From: Octopus bimaculoides
Lineage: Eukaryota
Assembly: GCF_001194135.2 (NCBI RefSeq)
Contig: NC_068989.1
Span: 51,747,825 to 51,811,824, forward strand
Direction of reading: 5' to 3'
Length of the DNA: 64,000 nucleotides
Below are positions 1-12,980 of the stretch, in pieces. Position numbers and translations under genes: made by a program. A model generated the notes under the pieces. It was not told the origin of the DNA. It made no database searches and worked only from the letters and a program-made list of their open reading frames with translations. Numbering within the stretch: the stretch's first letter is position 1; each line of letters begins with the position of its first letter.

Positions 1-470
1 ATGGAGGTCGATGTGTAGGTGTAGGGTGGGGTATGTGGGAACGGGATATTTAGGGGTGTGGATGGAGGGAGTATCAATGAAGAGAGAAGGTGGGAAGTAG
101 GTGCCAGTGCAAGAGAGGAGAGAAGGGTAGTCAGAAGGATAGGAGAGGGGAGTTGAGCCCATGTGACGTAAAGGAGCGAAGAGAGAAGTTTAATTCTTGT
201 TGAAGGTGCAAAGACAATCCGAACACAGACAGGTGTTGTAATATATGACCGGTAGAGCGTAAATGGTACGAGACCGTGGTGTCATTGTCGAGTCTAATAT
301 CTCCGAGGTGCTCCGCGAACAGATCAGCCAAGCGGCGTCCCATTTGACCGATGCACAAAGAAAGGTAGAAAGACCAGGGGATGCAGTAAATGACGTTGCT
401 AGAAATGCAAGTAAATGGGTCATTGAGAGGGAAGATGATGGGCGCCTGTGAGGATGGTGTTGGTGCATGG
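1..470 (-). mobile_element. Penelope-like element 3' fragment (GIY-YIG endonuclease end plus pyrimidine-rich tail)
   Basis: Minus ORF 131-358 reads CIGQMGRRLADLFAEHLGDIRLDNDTTVSYHLRSTGH, matching the PLE motif YIGQTGRxLxxRFxEH. It is frameshifted relative to the upstream part and followed by a C/T-rich tail. Confidence 0.75.
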
Positions 471-539
471 TTTAATCAACTATCAACTATATTACATAAA
501 TTATTGTTTCATTGCCAAGCTAGAAATAGAATGCGCGTC

Positions 540-1100
540 ATGTATCCTTTTCAGTGACTCCGGGAATTGTTGAGAAGATTTAATATTTCACTTATACCGA
601 ATATGTGGCCGTAATGCTTGCAAAAGAGTGTTATCCTCTAAAAGAACACGTGAGAGATGTGGTGATACAACAGAGGCTGTCAGATAAGACCATAGAAAAT
701 GAATCTTATCGAAATGATTGAAATGTGTCTTTCTGTCGATAGATGTCTCAAGAATATAGAAAAAAGCACTTGTCAAATGTTTAATAATATGGAATTGAAT
801 CCAAAGCAATAAATTTGTTGCAGGAATTTATTAATACACAATCATATCTGCACCACACTTTTAATCAGGTAGGTGTGCAATACATTATTGAATTTATAAT
901 GAAAAATAGGAAGGTCGAATCATGAATTTGAACTCATAATGTAAAGAAGCCCCAACAATCTACTGCTATAATTCGAAAGACTGTCCGTACAATTTTATAG
1001 TGAAACAACTGCTGGAACTCTTTCAGTGGAAGCAGATAAAAGTTTTAACTCAGGAAATAACATTTCTCTCAAAACAACGAAAAGAAAGACATCTTAGATA
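540..1100 (+). mobile_element. Highly degenerate mariner transposase remnant
   Basis: Manual translation gives YRICGRNACKRVLSSKRTRERC (resembles the N-terminal HTH region) and VKQLLELFQWKQI (resembles QKLLELGWEVL). Many stops. Confidence 0.35.
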
Positions 1101-2869
1101 TACTGTATTTATAGCGTATAGCCATGGCATTGCTGTCTATTATAAATGCGTAAATCATCACTCATGTAGTAAGATCTTCGGAGTCAATTTCGAAATTCCC
1201 CTTTAATTTAAAGGGGGAAAAGATGATATACCTTTACAAATAATAGACATATGTGGATTACAATGAAGGAAATGGGAAGGAAATGGATATTCCTATACAA
1301 TTCCACTTAGTTATTTCACGAGCGAATGCAGGACAATATCTAACGAACTCTTATCATATTTCAACTACACATCGGAAGGAAGCTATTAACTGATGAAAAA
1401 TTAACAGTTTCACAAAGCTGGCTATAAGCCTTTCATATAAATGCAAGAACTCTTGGAAATAGAGAAATGTGTTTGGGGGCATTTCTTTGATGTAAATACA
1501 CAACGAACTAACAACGCAACATTGCATATATGATGTTCAGTAAAGTTCTATCTTTCATTTATATCTTTCTGAGGGAATACAGAGGATTTCAGTTACTAAG
1601 ATTAAATCTATACTTTTAAGGAAAGTGCTCTATAAATTACATTGTGAGTTATAAAATTATTAAAAAGAATTTGTAAGAAGGAATAAAGACAGTAAACAAG
1701 ACTTGTTTCAGTAGAAAGTTAGAATAATAGTTTCTGGCATTGCATTGAGACCACAAAACTTTGTAGGAGATATAATCAAAACTATTGACCAATTGGTTGA
1801 TTACTATGCAGTTCTTCGAACCAGGAACTTTAAAGTAAAAGTTTAGATTAGATGGATTTGAACACCGAAACAAAATGGACGTACCGAACCAGGTATTGTA
1901 CCCAACATTCTAGATATTATTAGAAAATATATATGCATATTATATATTCTAAAATAGATCTCGTAATAGTGATTACCAGTCTAACTGTGAGGTAGATATG
2001 TTTTTTAGTAATATATTATGGAAAAAAAAATTGTTATTTAAAAATAAATTAAGCCTGTTATTAAATATTCACGCAATGTCGTCCATACTGATTGGCTAAA
2101 GGAAAGCAGTAACGTGTTCATTAATTATCATGTAATTATGCAGCTATTTGTTAGCAATAGATAATGTATTTATGTGTGCTTCTCTTTGGATGCATCTACA
2201 TTCAAATGTGTGTCAATCTCTTTTATCCCAGCTTTTCAATCATGGCCTACGTAAATGCATATTATATCAACGACTTTAAATGGGTATAATACCTAATTGC
2301 AAAGACAATAAATGAACACTTGAATATCACAAACACATTATATGTGCATATATGAATATACNNNNNNNNNNATACATACACGCACACACTAAAAGATTAG
2401 CGATGAATAGACATCCTTTATAGGCATTTAGTATCGGCGGAAAGTCGTTAAACCATCAGAGGAAATTTTAAATTCTAAAATGTGAACGAACATTTAGCTA
2501 TACGCATCAATTTTGAAAATATCTAATTGAAAGATTGATTGATGTTCGAGAAGACATAGATTTGATACCTTAAGATAAGACAGCACTTTGAAAGAGATCG
2601 CACTTTCCTCTTTTCATCGTTTAGCTCGTATCAAATGTCGGAATATTTCGCATGCTTTGAATTTCAATATATACAATAGTTCAGGCATTTCAATGTATGA
2701 TTAAGAGAATTTTACAAGTTGTCAATACATCAACAAAGTGAAGAGAGCCACCGAAATACCGTTCTCTGTGCCATATTACAACACCTTATTTAAGCTCTAT
2801 TAAAGATGACTGATAAACTTATCACTTTGCAATATCGTGAACACTATTACTGCTTACTAACAAGTTCAC

Positions 2870-3012
<143 letters not shown>

Positions 3013-4170
3013 TCCAGTTACAGATAGGTATGGTTTATAGTGTATTTGAGATTTAGGAAATATTTTTATGAATAGGCACATACGCCCTACAGAATGCTAA
3101 GTTCACTTCTAGTGGATACTCACTTATTCATCATGTCCCTNNNNNNNNNNNNNNNNNNNNNNNNNNNNNNNNNNNNNNNNNNNNNNNNNNNNNNNNNNNN
3201 NNNNNNNNNNATACATACATACATACATACATACATACATACATACATACATAAATCGACCTCACTAGTCGATATGTATTTCGGTGTGATTTTTTACTTA
3301 GTGCAGAGACCAAAAACAGATATCATCCTCTATCTAGTTATCTATTTTGGTGTATTTTTTTACTGGAGTTTTGAAATGTGGACCATATTTTCAATCATAC
3401 AGAGGCACTTTAAAGTGTAACTTGGTGTCATCTGCTTAAAGCTAATGGGTATCTCTAGGCACTACGTTTTTGCTACATATTCATATACAATACCCTGCTG
3501 GTTTCAAGTAAACAAGGATCAGGGGGAAAAAGAACAAATATAAGTATCTTAGTAGTATTACTGTTGCAAAATATATTTTTAGATTGGATAACGCATTTAT
3601 TTGCATGAATCTTACAAATCATTGGTGATTACTTATATGCTATATCTGACTTTTTGCTGTAAAAGATCGTAGTTGTTTTTCTATAGAATATACAAGATAT
3701 GATTATGTTCTATTTTTCTATTTGTCTCCTAAAACTATTTTGTTTCTTAAGTAGCTTGTTTTCGAGGCACATCTTCAACCATTCCTTCTTTCAAGTTCGA
3801 ATTCATTATAGACGGAAAGTATGATATATTACATTTTGCTGAACGTTCATATGAGAAAGGTTAGTCTACTGATCTAGATATCTTGTTGGTATACGATCTT
3901 GTAACTTTTGGATGGAGGATAATTTCGTACCTTGTGTTCAAGTACAAAATCATCTGTACATACGTCGTTTCAAGACAAATGTTGCAATTCCTATATTGCT
4001 TATTATTAACATTTGCACTGACCCTTTTTCTTATAATTTTTCTTCTGTTATGTATTTTCGCTCAGCTGGTTAACTACCTTCATATACTTTGCGCTATTGG
4101 TTAGGTCATTTGTTATATAAGACATTAACAACTAATATTCTAATGCAAAAAGTGGGAGGGCATAATTTTC

Positions 4171-4329
4171 TAGAAATGAATTTCAAATTTAGACACAATA
4201 CTGCCAAGTTCGGAAGAGGATGGCTAGTCAATTACATTGGTCGCAGTACTCACGTGGTTTATTTATTTATTTTATAGACAGCGAAAGGATTATAAGCAAT
4301 GTCGACCATAACGAAATTCGAATTTAGAA
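4171..4329 (-). mobile_element. tRNA-derived SINE family 2, degenerate copy
   Basis: Reverse complement reads ttcgaatttcgttatggtcgacattgcttataatcctttcgctgtctataaaa...gagtactgcgaccaatgtaattgact, homologous to the copy at 4365-4537. Confidence 0.6.
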
Positions 4330-4364
4330 GGAAAAAACTGAGGAAATGTGGATAAACATTTTAT

Positions 4365-4537
4365 AGCCTTTCATCCATCTTCACTTTCTGAGTTCAAATT
4401 CCGCCGAGGTCGATTTTGCCTGTCATCTTTTTGGGGTCGCTAAAATATAAGTCAGTTGAGTACTGAGATCCACGTAATCATCTAGTTCTCTCTCACGAAC
4501 TTACTGGCATTGTGCCAACATTGGAAACGAGTATTAT
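4365..4537 (+). mobile_element. tRNA-derived SINE family 2
   Basis: B-box-like gagttcaaattcc followed by the central domain gaggtcgattttgcctgtcatctttttggggtcgctaaaat...cagttgagtactg. Homologues at about 18410, 26627 and 29305. Confidence 0.7.
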
Positions 4538-4769
4538 ATTTAATTCCCTGTGAAGATGTCTTCTATAGTATCGAAACAATAAGTTTCGTTTCGTACCAGT
4601 GGTTTGTTTAGTAGATCTTGACATACTCTATATTCAAACAGTAATCCGTTGAATTCATATTTCTTAAGTCAACATTCGTCTTAAAAATTAAAAGATCTGC
4701 AAATTTTCTTATGTGCTGACGATTAGAAACCCTGTTTAAGCTCATATATCATCTTATTCTTATACGTTT

Positions 4770-5255
4770 ATACTTTTACTGGTTCCAGTCTTTTGATTAC
4801 GACCTTGCTGGAGAACCGTCTTATTCTCTGTATGCCTAGCACTTATTCCATCGATCTGTTTTGCTGAATCACTAAGTTACGGGGACGCAAACCCACCAAG
4901 ATCGGTGTTCAATTGATGGTGGGGTGACAAACACAGACAAACACACACANNNNNNNNNNNNNNNNNNNNNNNNNNNNNNNNNNNNNNNNNNNNNNNNNNN
5001 NNNNNNNNNNNNNNNNNNNNNNNNNNNNNNNNNNNNNNNNNNNNNNNNNNNNNNNNNNNNNNNNNNTATATATATATATATATATGTATATATACGACAG
5101 GTTTCTTTTCAGTTTCCCTCTACCAAATCCACTCACACGGCTTTAATCGGCCCGAGGCTATAGTAGAAAACACTTGGCCAAGATGCCATGCAGTGGGACT
5201 GAACCCGAACCATTTGGTTGGGAAGCAAGCTTCTTACCACAGAGCCACGCTTTCG
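4770..5255 (-). mobile_element. CORE-type tRNA-SINE (octopus OR-like), spans an N gap
   Basis: Reverse complement of the same head and body as 12574-12980 and 35330-35750. Confidence 0.85.
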
Positions 5256-6078
5256 CCTAATGGTATATTTTAGCTATAACTTTTCTCTCACAATTTATTA
5301 GAGAATATATTTCTTACACCGATCTTCTCTTATAACTCATCGTCTGTTTACTGTTTACTCCACACGTTGTGGAATGCATTATTTTGGCTTAAGGCCGTTG
5401 TATCTATTTCAATTATTTGGTTTATAATTATTCGTAATGCGCTCTTACATACTACAATTTGAGCACTGTATATTCTTTTTGTGTTGCACATTTTACCGTT
5501 TAGAATTGCATCGATGTGTTATCTTCAATTTCTCTAAGGCATATGTATTAAAATTGTGTTTAATTTCCTCTGATCTTGTTTCTTGATTATTAGATCATTC
5601 TTTTTCTTTTTTTTGTTTTCTTAGAGTTTCTTGTCTTGTATTTTTGTAGATTAGTGTTTTTCTACTTATATTTCAATTTCTAGTTAAATTTCTTTCTTTT
5701 CTTTTGTCTGCTGATACGTTTATACGTTTCTGCTATTGATTTTTGGGAGGATAACGTGATATCGACAGATGTGGTACGCCGATTCCGTGATATTACTTGC
5801 GGTGTTTGGTTTTACATTGGAAAAAGCTTTTTATAGCTTGTACATATTTAGCTCTACTCTTTCTTTTCGTCTAACGCTTTTGTAATTCCCATTGTTATGA
5901 GACATAGCGTTGTATAAGGAGTTTATTGTCATATGGTTATATCTCTGAAATTGCATTCCTGAAACATTTCCATTGTCACATATATATTTATTGTGAAGTT
6001 TTGGGAATCACGTTGACACTAGTCCCTGGCACAAGGCTAAGGACAGTACATTATAAATATATATATATATATATATGA

Positions 6079-6663
6079 AATATTGTCATCTCTAATATTC
6101 TAGGAATCTTAAAAGTGCCCCGAATCCGTTCTCACAGTTTTCTCTATAGCTTGGTTGTATAAGATTATAGTCGGGAGTAGAAAGATCTTTAAGGAGGCAA
6201 TCTGTGATACTTTTGGGCAGAGAGCAAATCTACATCTGTTGTGTTCGAACGATCTACTCAAATACGGCTATGCTTTACCATGTATAATAGTAGGTCACTT
6301 GACAGCTCTTGTTCAGCTTGTCATCTATTTCCTAGAAAGCACATGTGCTTTACACTTATTATCTTGGAAGCAGGCTAGAGATCTCGATACGGTATATTTC
6401 TTAGCGGGATGAACTCTCCAAGATATGCTTAAATTGCTCTTAACATTCAGGTATAAGTTCCATTTAGATTTGACTCCAAATTCTTGTTAAGCGTCCAGGC
6501 TTTTACTCGGTATAAAAGGATTGACTTTACCGCTTCAAAGAAAAACTCCTTAAAGACCTCTCTACTTCCGACTATAATCCTATGTAACTAAGTTATAGAG
6601 AAAACTGTGAGAACGGATTCGTGTCCCTTTTCATATTCTTAGAATATTAGGAATGGCAATATT
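6079..6663. mobile_element. Inverted-repeat cassette: 118-bp arms (6079-6196, 6546-6663) enclosing a LINE fragment
   Basis: Arms about 80% identical by eye, with a perfect 28-bp core cgaatccgttctcacagttttctctata (6121-6148 vs 6594-6621). (TA)n on both outer sides. Confidence 0.85.
6200..6545 (-). mobile_element. RTE-like LINE ORF 3' fragment
   Basis: Minus translation FEAVKSILLYRVKAWTLNKNLESNLNGTYT*MLRAILSISW matches the post-RT motif FRATVESVLLYGSETWTL...LDGTYTRMLR...ISW. Confidence 0.7.
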
Positions 6664-7261
6664 ATATATATATATNNNNNNNNNNCATGACTATATATAT
6701 ATATAGTCATGTTGTCTGGACTAGGTTGATTTTCAGACAACCTCCTGTTTATTGAGAGTCCATCATGTTTTGGCTATCAGACATGTTACATTCTTTTAAG
6801 TGAATTTATTTATTTATTTATTTTAAATATGTCTTTTAGCTTTAAAATATGCACGCTGCTATTAATCCTTCATCCCTAAATCGATATGCAATAGCAAAAT
6901 TCATTACGGTTTTCGCTCTGGCCTATTGCCATCTGAGTTGAAATGATGCTGAGATCAACTTTACTCATCATATTTCTAGTAAGTACAGAAATGTAGTTTT
7001 TGTTATTTCATTCTGCTTTTCATTATTCTTTGCGTTGCTCATGCCGTATGTTACTGTTATAGCACAATATCATTATCCTCATTTTCATTATGGTCAATTC
7101 CGTCAATGCTATCAATATTATGACTATGTATTCATAGTGTTATGTTTCTTTCCTGGAGTATTTCCCTTCTAGAATGAAAACTTATGTTTACGTAATATTT
7201 TGCTTGTCGTACATAATATCAGTTTGAGTCAACTGCTTTTTTTTATTTAATCGTATTTCAT

Positions 7262-8330
7262 TATTTAATTAATAGTTCAAACAAATTATACGAGAAAATC
7301 GTTTATTCACCAAAATATATCCCATCATATTGTATTGTCTGTCATCATTATTGAGCCAGAATCTCAATTCCACATTTATAACATTTGGCTGGTTTAGAAG
7401 AAAAACACTTCCTGAACCTATTTTCAACCTCATTCATATTGTTGAACCTCTGTCCTTGCAGGAAAAGTGCTATACCCCGGAAAAAGTTGATAATCTGATG
7501 GTGCAATGTCTTATCGGTTGGTAGAGTAAGACAAAACTTCCAGCCTCTCCAATTCCTCATGTTTGTGTTCGGTCACATTGACAGTGTGTACTGAGATATT
7601 TTCATTATGTGCGAATGCCGAATAGCAGATTTTTCAAAGCTGCAGTACTTGAGGTAAGCATAGAGATTAACATTCACAGTGTGACCATCTATATCAAGCT
7701 CAAATAGAAACACGCCCTCGAAATTCGATCAAATACATTACATCACTTTCTATTCAAACCACCCATGTTTGCCAACAGGTTATGAAGCTTGGCCGGAGTG
7801 AAGCCACTCATTTTTCTTATTAGAATGACGAAACTAGATCCATTTTCCATCCCCGTTTACAGTTCCATTCCAAAATCCAATATCTCAAGGATTGGCCAGC
7901 AGTTGTGTACAATTATTCAACCGTCGTTGAGCCTAGTCACTGGTCAGTTTCTGAAAACTTTGGCAACAGGTTATGTTAACAAGGCCGAGATTATGCATGT
8001 GGCGACTGATTGTGCTTTGTGAAGGATCAAGTTCTGTTGACAATGTTTGAGTGCTTTTGATTGCCTCTTGTTCAAGGCCTCAGTTTCCACAAAAGGAGGT
8101 CTCCCGGCCTTGGTTTGTCTTCGAGCTTCTTTGAAACGTCTTCGCCAGTTTTATGTCACACGCTTGGTGACAGTTACAGAGCTTTCTACATTAATTTCTT
8201 TTCCAGTACCCTTGTACTCGGTCGCTTTTCCCACAAGTAGCATCAAAATGGCTGTGAGTGCAATTTTCTTCACAAATCATTATCAAAGTTGTAAAATAGA
8301 GAATAAAACATTCCTGTTTATATGTTACAT
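7262..8330 (-). mobile_element. Near full-length degenerate mariner (DD34D) transposase
   Basis: In order on the minus strand: LEDKPRPGRP, VNGDGKWI (TGDEKW), KVM*CI*SNFEG, and a C-terminus FLQGQRFNNMNEVENRFRKCFSSKP...GIEILAQ. Multiple stops and frameshifts. Confidence 0.85.
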
Positions 8331-8339
8331 AGGAAAATG

Positions 8340-8560
8340 AAGAATTAACAGTTCAGTAACAATTGTATCAAATTGACGATATAACATAGAGATACGATTT
8401 GCCAAGCATCGTTAAAGAGAACCTGAAACTATGCTTTGACTGAAACTGGTATATGTCTAGTTTTGTATAACAGTGGCGGGCGAGCAGATTAAGAGCTGTT
8501 GGTGTGTTATAGGTTGGTGTCATTACTCTTACGAAGCATTCATTCGGCTGCATATGTGCA
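8340..8560 (-). mobile_element. Possible PLE endonuclease C-terminal remnant
   Basis: FQSKHSFRFSLTMLGKSYLYVI loosely resembles PLE FKILSKARSSFHLSVLESIYI. Confidence 0.3.
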
Positions 8561-8942
8561 ATATTAAATTGTTTGGAGGCGCCATCTTATTGTTTGTCTG
8601 CTACCAGTTGTGTTAATTTATTACTGTATATTACACATAGTATATCTTGTAGTTTGAGTAGTGTTGGAGATTTCATTTGAATTGTCGTTATGTCATCTAT
8701 GACTATCTTTTTGAGTATCTTTTTCGGTTTTTTGTATGTTTTTAATCATGCCTAGTTTTCCATATACTGTTTCTCTATCTTTAGTTTCATGCATTATACC
8801 CCGTTTATTAAAGATCTACTTCCCTTGCAATTTGATTTTGACTACATATCCGGCAGTGTTTTCTGTAGTAGCGAGGGATATGTGTATCATAGCATTAGGA
8901 TTTTCGTTCCAGTAGATCATCGAACGGGATTATTTAGATCTA

Positions 8943-9197
8943 CAGTAATCCCTCGCCCTATCGCGGTTCACCTATCGCGGTCCAGCTATCGTGGTTCACC
9001 TATCGCGTTTCACCTATCGTGGTTTATTATTTAAGCTTACGTCGATTCCTCTGTGATTTTACTTTGTCTTTTTGATAAAATAAATACTTACAAATTATAA
9101 AAATAATAAAAAGAAATATACAGTACTGTTTCTACTTCACGGATTTTCACCTATCGCGGGGTGTTCTGGGGTGTAACACCCTGTAGCGGGATTACTC
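8943..9197. mobile_element. Tigger/pogo-like MITE with TA target duplication
   Basis: TA|cagtaatccc ... gggattactc|TA. Five internal tandem copies of the 14-bp unit ctatcgcggttcac at 8958-9027. Confidence 0.8.
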
Positions 9198-10659
9198 TAC
9201 TTGTCCGACTGCCAAATCATATCAAGATATCAAAGAGGCCGTACGATCGTGTAGTTCACGTGCATCTTTCTTTCCATTTCTTATCTATCTCAAAGTTACA
9301 ATGTCAGCACAATGCCCTATAGATTTTAATGCCAAGTCTTTAATATTAGTTTCTGTTTAATCTTTGTTCGTTGTGTCATTTCAATTTAGATTCAATATAA
9401 GTTGTTCAGACAGTTCTAATAATTTCTTATACATTTTCAGTTCCAATGTTTCGATTGATTTTGACACACTTAACTGATTAGATATGAAAGAATGCTTACG
9501 TTTCTTATTTTTATATCATGTAACACGGTGATATTGATGATTGTTTCGAAACGCAACAATGAATTTACAACAAATTGAAGTTTCAGATAACAGCTTGTAT
9601 TTCTTGTATATACTTTATTTTTTCATCACTGTGAGACAATTCAGTGCGTATGTATTTTGATTTGAAATCGATTTAATTATTTTTTCTTCACTTAGTGTAT
9701 GTGATTTTGATTTGCAGATTTCTTTCTTCATAAATAATTCTATTTAATATGTGTCAACTACACACGTACAAAATGTTTATGTTGCACTAACATACTCGAG
9801 TATCGGTTCCTTCTTGGGTTCTAATATAGGCGAAAACATATTATCAATGCGTACCATACACAAGAATATAATAACATATTTGCCATTATGCCATATCTGT
9901 TTTCTTACAGGAGCACATCCATATCTGGGGTTGTATTTTGATCCGCTCTAGATTATTAGGGGTAGTTTTGTTAGTGGAGGAAGTGTTTTACATACTACAT
10001 TTTTCTGTATTTTTCCTCAACAAATGTAGCAAACAGTATTGTATAAATAACGTTTTTTTTTTCTTTTATCTATATCATTTATCTTATACCGTGACCGGCT
10101 GAAGGAATGTCTATAACGTTGATAGTAAATTTTCTCCGATAATTTGTTTACATGTTACACATTTGTGATCAAAAAGAAAAATTGAAAAGCATTGATTCTG
10201 ATGCAAATATATATATATCAGTTTTATGAGCTAACCTTAAACTTTCAATATAGTCGCAATTTTTCGTTCTCAACTAAAATTCTGACGAGCTTCTCTATGT
10301 GTTTTTATGCCAGACATTTTCAGAAGTTCACTTTCACCTACACTCATAATCTCTTTTTGTTTTTGCTAAAATTAGAAAAAGTTATTAAATAACTATAGAA
10401 TTCGAAATAGTTTCGAAAACAGTTTTTCTTCTTTTGACAAATATGGGTATTCTTTACTCCGAACTGACCGTGACGAGCATCTTTGAGGAAGCGTGAAACA
10501 AATTATTCCGTTAAATTTCCTCTGGAATTTATCGCAGTTTGAAATATCGAGCAACAACAAATATGGACTAAAGACTTACCACAAGAAGATGGTTTGTGCC
10601 ATAAGTACAATCATGGCGTTAAACTTTGCAAAAGTATTCTGTAGTGGTTAGCGATTTTC

Positions 10660-11047
10660 TTCACTACTTCAGGGAGTGACGACCCTGCCTGACACAAGTC
10701 CCGGGCTCAGCTGGCTCCGGCTGACAGTATCCGGTATGGACCCCTATCGAGGGTTACGAAAAGGAGACAACCTTCAAAGAAATCCGGAGTGGAGCCCCGT
10801 AGGCGGTTCAGTGTTCGACTCGACACTCTTCCAGCAGCTCCTGCAACCAAACTGGTGCCAAACGTAATGCTCTGCACTCCTTAGGACTATGTCAGGAAGG
10901 TCGAGAGAGAAATCCTGACGATTGGGCTACCCAGGATTTTCTTACATCTAGCCCAGGCCTGCGCAAAACTGGAGAGGTTATGAAATGTAAAAAACAGACT
11001 GGATTAGTTTATGCGCAACTCCATTGTCTCCCGACACAAAGGGATGC

Positions 11048-11078
<31 letters not shown>
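10660..11078 (+). mobile_element. Short GC-rich non-autonomous retroelement with (CAA)n tail, RTE-like
   Basis: GC-rich island in AT-rich DNA with no transposase or RT ORF. Contains ttcaaagaaatccggagtggagcccc, recalled as typical of RTE 5' UTRs. Ends in (caa)n at about 11049-11076. Confidence 0.5.
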
Positions 11079-11499
11079 CCTGTAACTCAATTTAGCATCC
11101 AATTTAAATCACATCATGGTCATAGACCATCGCCCTAGTTACGGTTCACCGATGAATTCCTTTTCATTAATGGATAAATGCGGACAGCCGACTTGAATTT
11201 TAGCGCTTCACAGAAAACCGTGATTTTCTGCACACTTTAGCCTTTAAAATAGTCGCAAAAAGGCAAGTTCTTTTGTTGTTGTGGAACAACACGTATCACG
11301 TGAACACCATCACATATTCTAACAGAAATACTGTTTTATAGATAAGGCGGGAGCCTAAAAGATTCTCATTTGTTGTGCGTAGCTGAATGCGCCGAATAAA
11401 ACTTAGGTGATGTCGGACACGCTGCAAAAATAATTAAAAAAAAATTTACTGGCAATAGGTATTACAAGTGGCAATATAATACTAATTCGACGGAAGTTG

Positions 11500-12400
11500 C
11501 CAACGATTTGATGTTCAAATAGTTTAACTTTCACGACTCCAATAAACTTTCAGTTATCGAAAGGGGTATCATGAAGAGAAATATTTTTCGGAGGTAGCTA
11601 ATGTCACGGCCTTGGAAGTGAAGCAGAATGAAAGGAGAGTTCCATTAGATTTATACCATATTTTTTGAGTGCTCTTCTTTTTCTTCTGTTTTTTTTTCCT
11701 TTAAAATGTTACAAGAAAACGAATCATGATGATATTTAATTTGTCTATGAAAGAAAGTAGGAACTTCAATGAACGTGTAGAGGTATCGTTCGTAAGGAAA
11801 GACTTTTCACACCTCGTCTCCATGGGGTGTCCTCAGTTAGACTAATATCGAGACAATGAGCCTGAAATCTGGAATGTTACCAGGTGCTCACTGCGCCCTA
11901 CCAGTCGGGCAACTGGATAGATGATTTTCTATTTTAGACGTGCTAGTTACGAGGAAGAGTGACGGCGTAATCAAGAAGACATTGGGTGTCGATATAAACG
12001 AGCTGATAAGATGTTTTCGGATATGTTTCCCGCGAAGAATACCATGTGTAATTTCCAGAATTCATTGACTTAATATTGCTAACAAGAGGTGCTACTGGTT
12101 CGACATTAGCTTTACCTGCACGCTAGTGCTGTCAGACGGGCCTGCCGAAGATGCATGAACAGCATTGAAACTGTACTTGACTTGCTTCCAAGTTTACTGA
12201 CTTATAATGTTATATCGAATAGTTGTCACGCGTGAGACAGATGGCTGTCAGTCGAGTTCATATTAGTGATTACACCATCGCATTTCATTAACCAGGCAGA
12301 GAAGCAAATGACGATGCGTCGTGGATGAAGCCTCATCGATGTTTCAAGTTTTAATTGAAATGCAAAGTGATGGTCGAGAGAGTGAAATTATTCAAAAATT
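11500..12400 (-). mobile_element. Very degenerate mariner-like remnant
   Basis: Minus-strand peptides SFNAVHASSAGPSDS (resembles EDAPRSGRP) and ILEITHGI (resembles LEISHGS). Heavily decayed. Confidence 0.35.
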
Positions 12401-12573
12401 GATGAAGATAAGAAAATAGTCAGAGTGGATGGAACCGCTCTAAGTTCTAATTTCTAGATCGGAAAGCAAAAAGTATGGAGAACTCTAACCCTTCGTGTTC
12501 AGTGTTATTGGGAATGGTGGATTCCTATATTGGTCCAATAGGTAGTAGTGTGGCACAAGAATTATGTATATTT

Positions 12574-12980
12574 GAGTGACTGTGTGGTAAGTAGCTTGCT
12601 TACCAACCACATGGTTCTGGGTTCAGTCCCACTGCGTGGTACCTTGGGTAAATGTCTTCTACTATAGCCTCGGGTCGACCAAACCTTTGTGAGTGGATTT
12701 CGTAGACGGAAACTGAAAGAAGCCCGTCGTATATATGTATATATATATATATATATGTGTGTGTTTGTGTGTCTGTGTTTGTCCCCCCACCATCGCTTGA
12801 CAACCGATGCTGGTGTGCTTACGTCCCCGTAATTTATCGGTTCGGCCAAAAGGGAGCTATAGAATAAGTACTAGGCTTACAAAGAATAAGTCCTGCGGTC
12901 GATTTTCTCGACTAAAGGCGTTGCTCCAGCATGGCCGCAGTCACATGACTGAAACAAGTAAAAGAGTAAAGAGTAAGAGT
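12574..12980 (+). mobile_element. CORE-type tRNA-SINE (octopus OR-like), full length
   Basis: A-box-like tgactgtgtggt, B-box-like gggttcagtccc, MIR-CORE-like accttgggtaaatgtctt, internal (TA)/(TG) tract, and an (agagtaa)n-type tail. Confidence 0.9.

Noticed and set aside
1200-2000. Possible Dong/R4 or integrase remnant (KTIDQLVDYYAVL, TPKQNGRTE)
   Set aside because: Similarity is too weak and inconsistent across frames.
8958-9027. CRISPR-like array
   Set aside because: Contiguous 14-bp tandem units with no spacers, inside a Tigger-like MITE in eukaryotic DNA.
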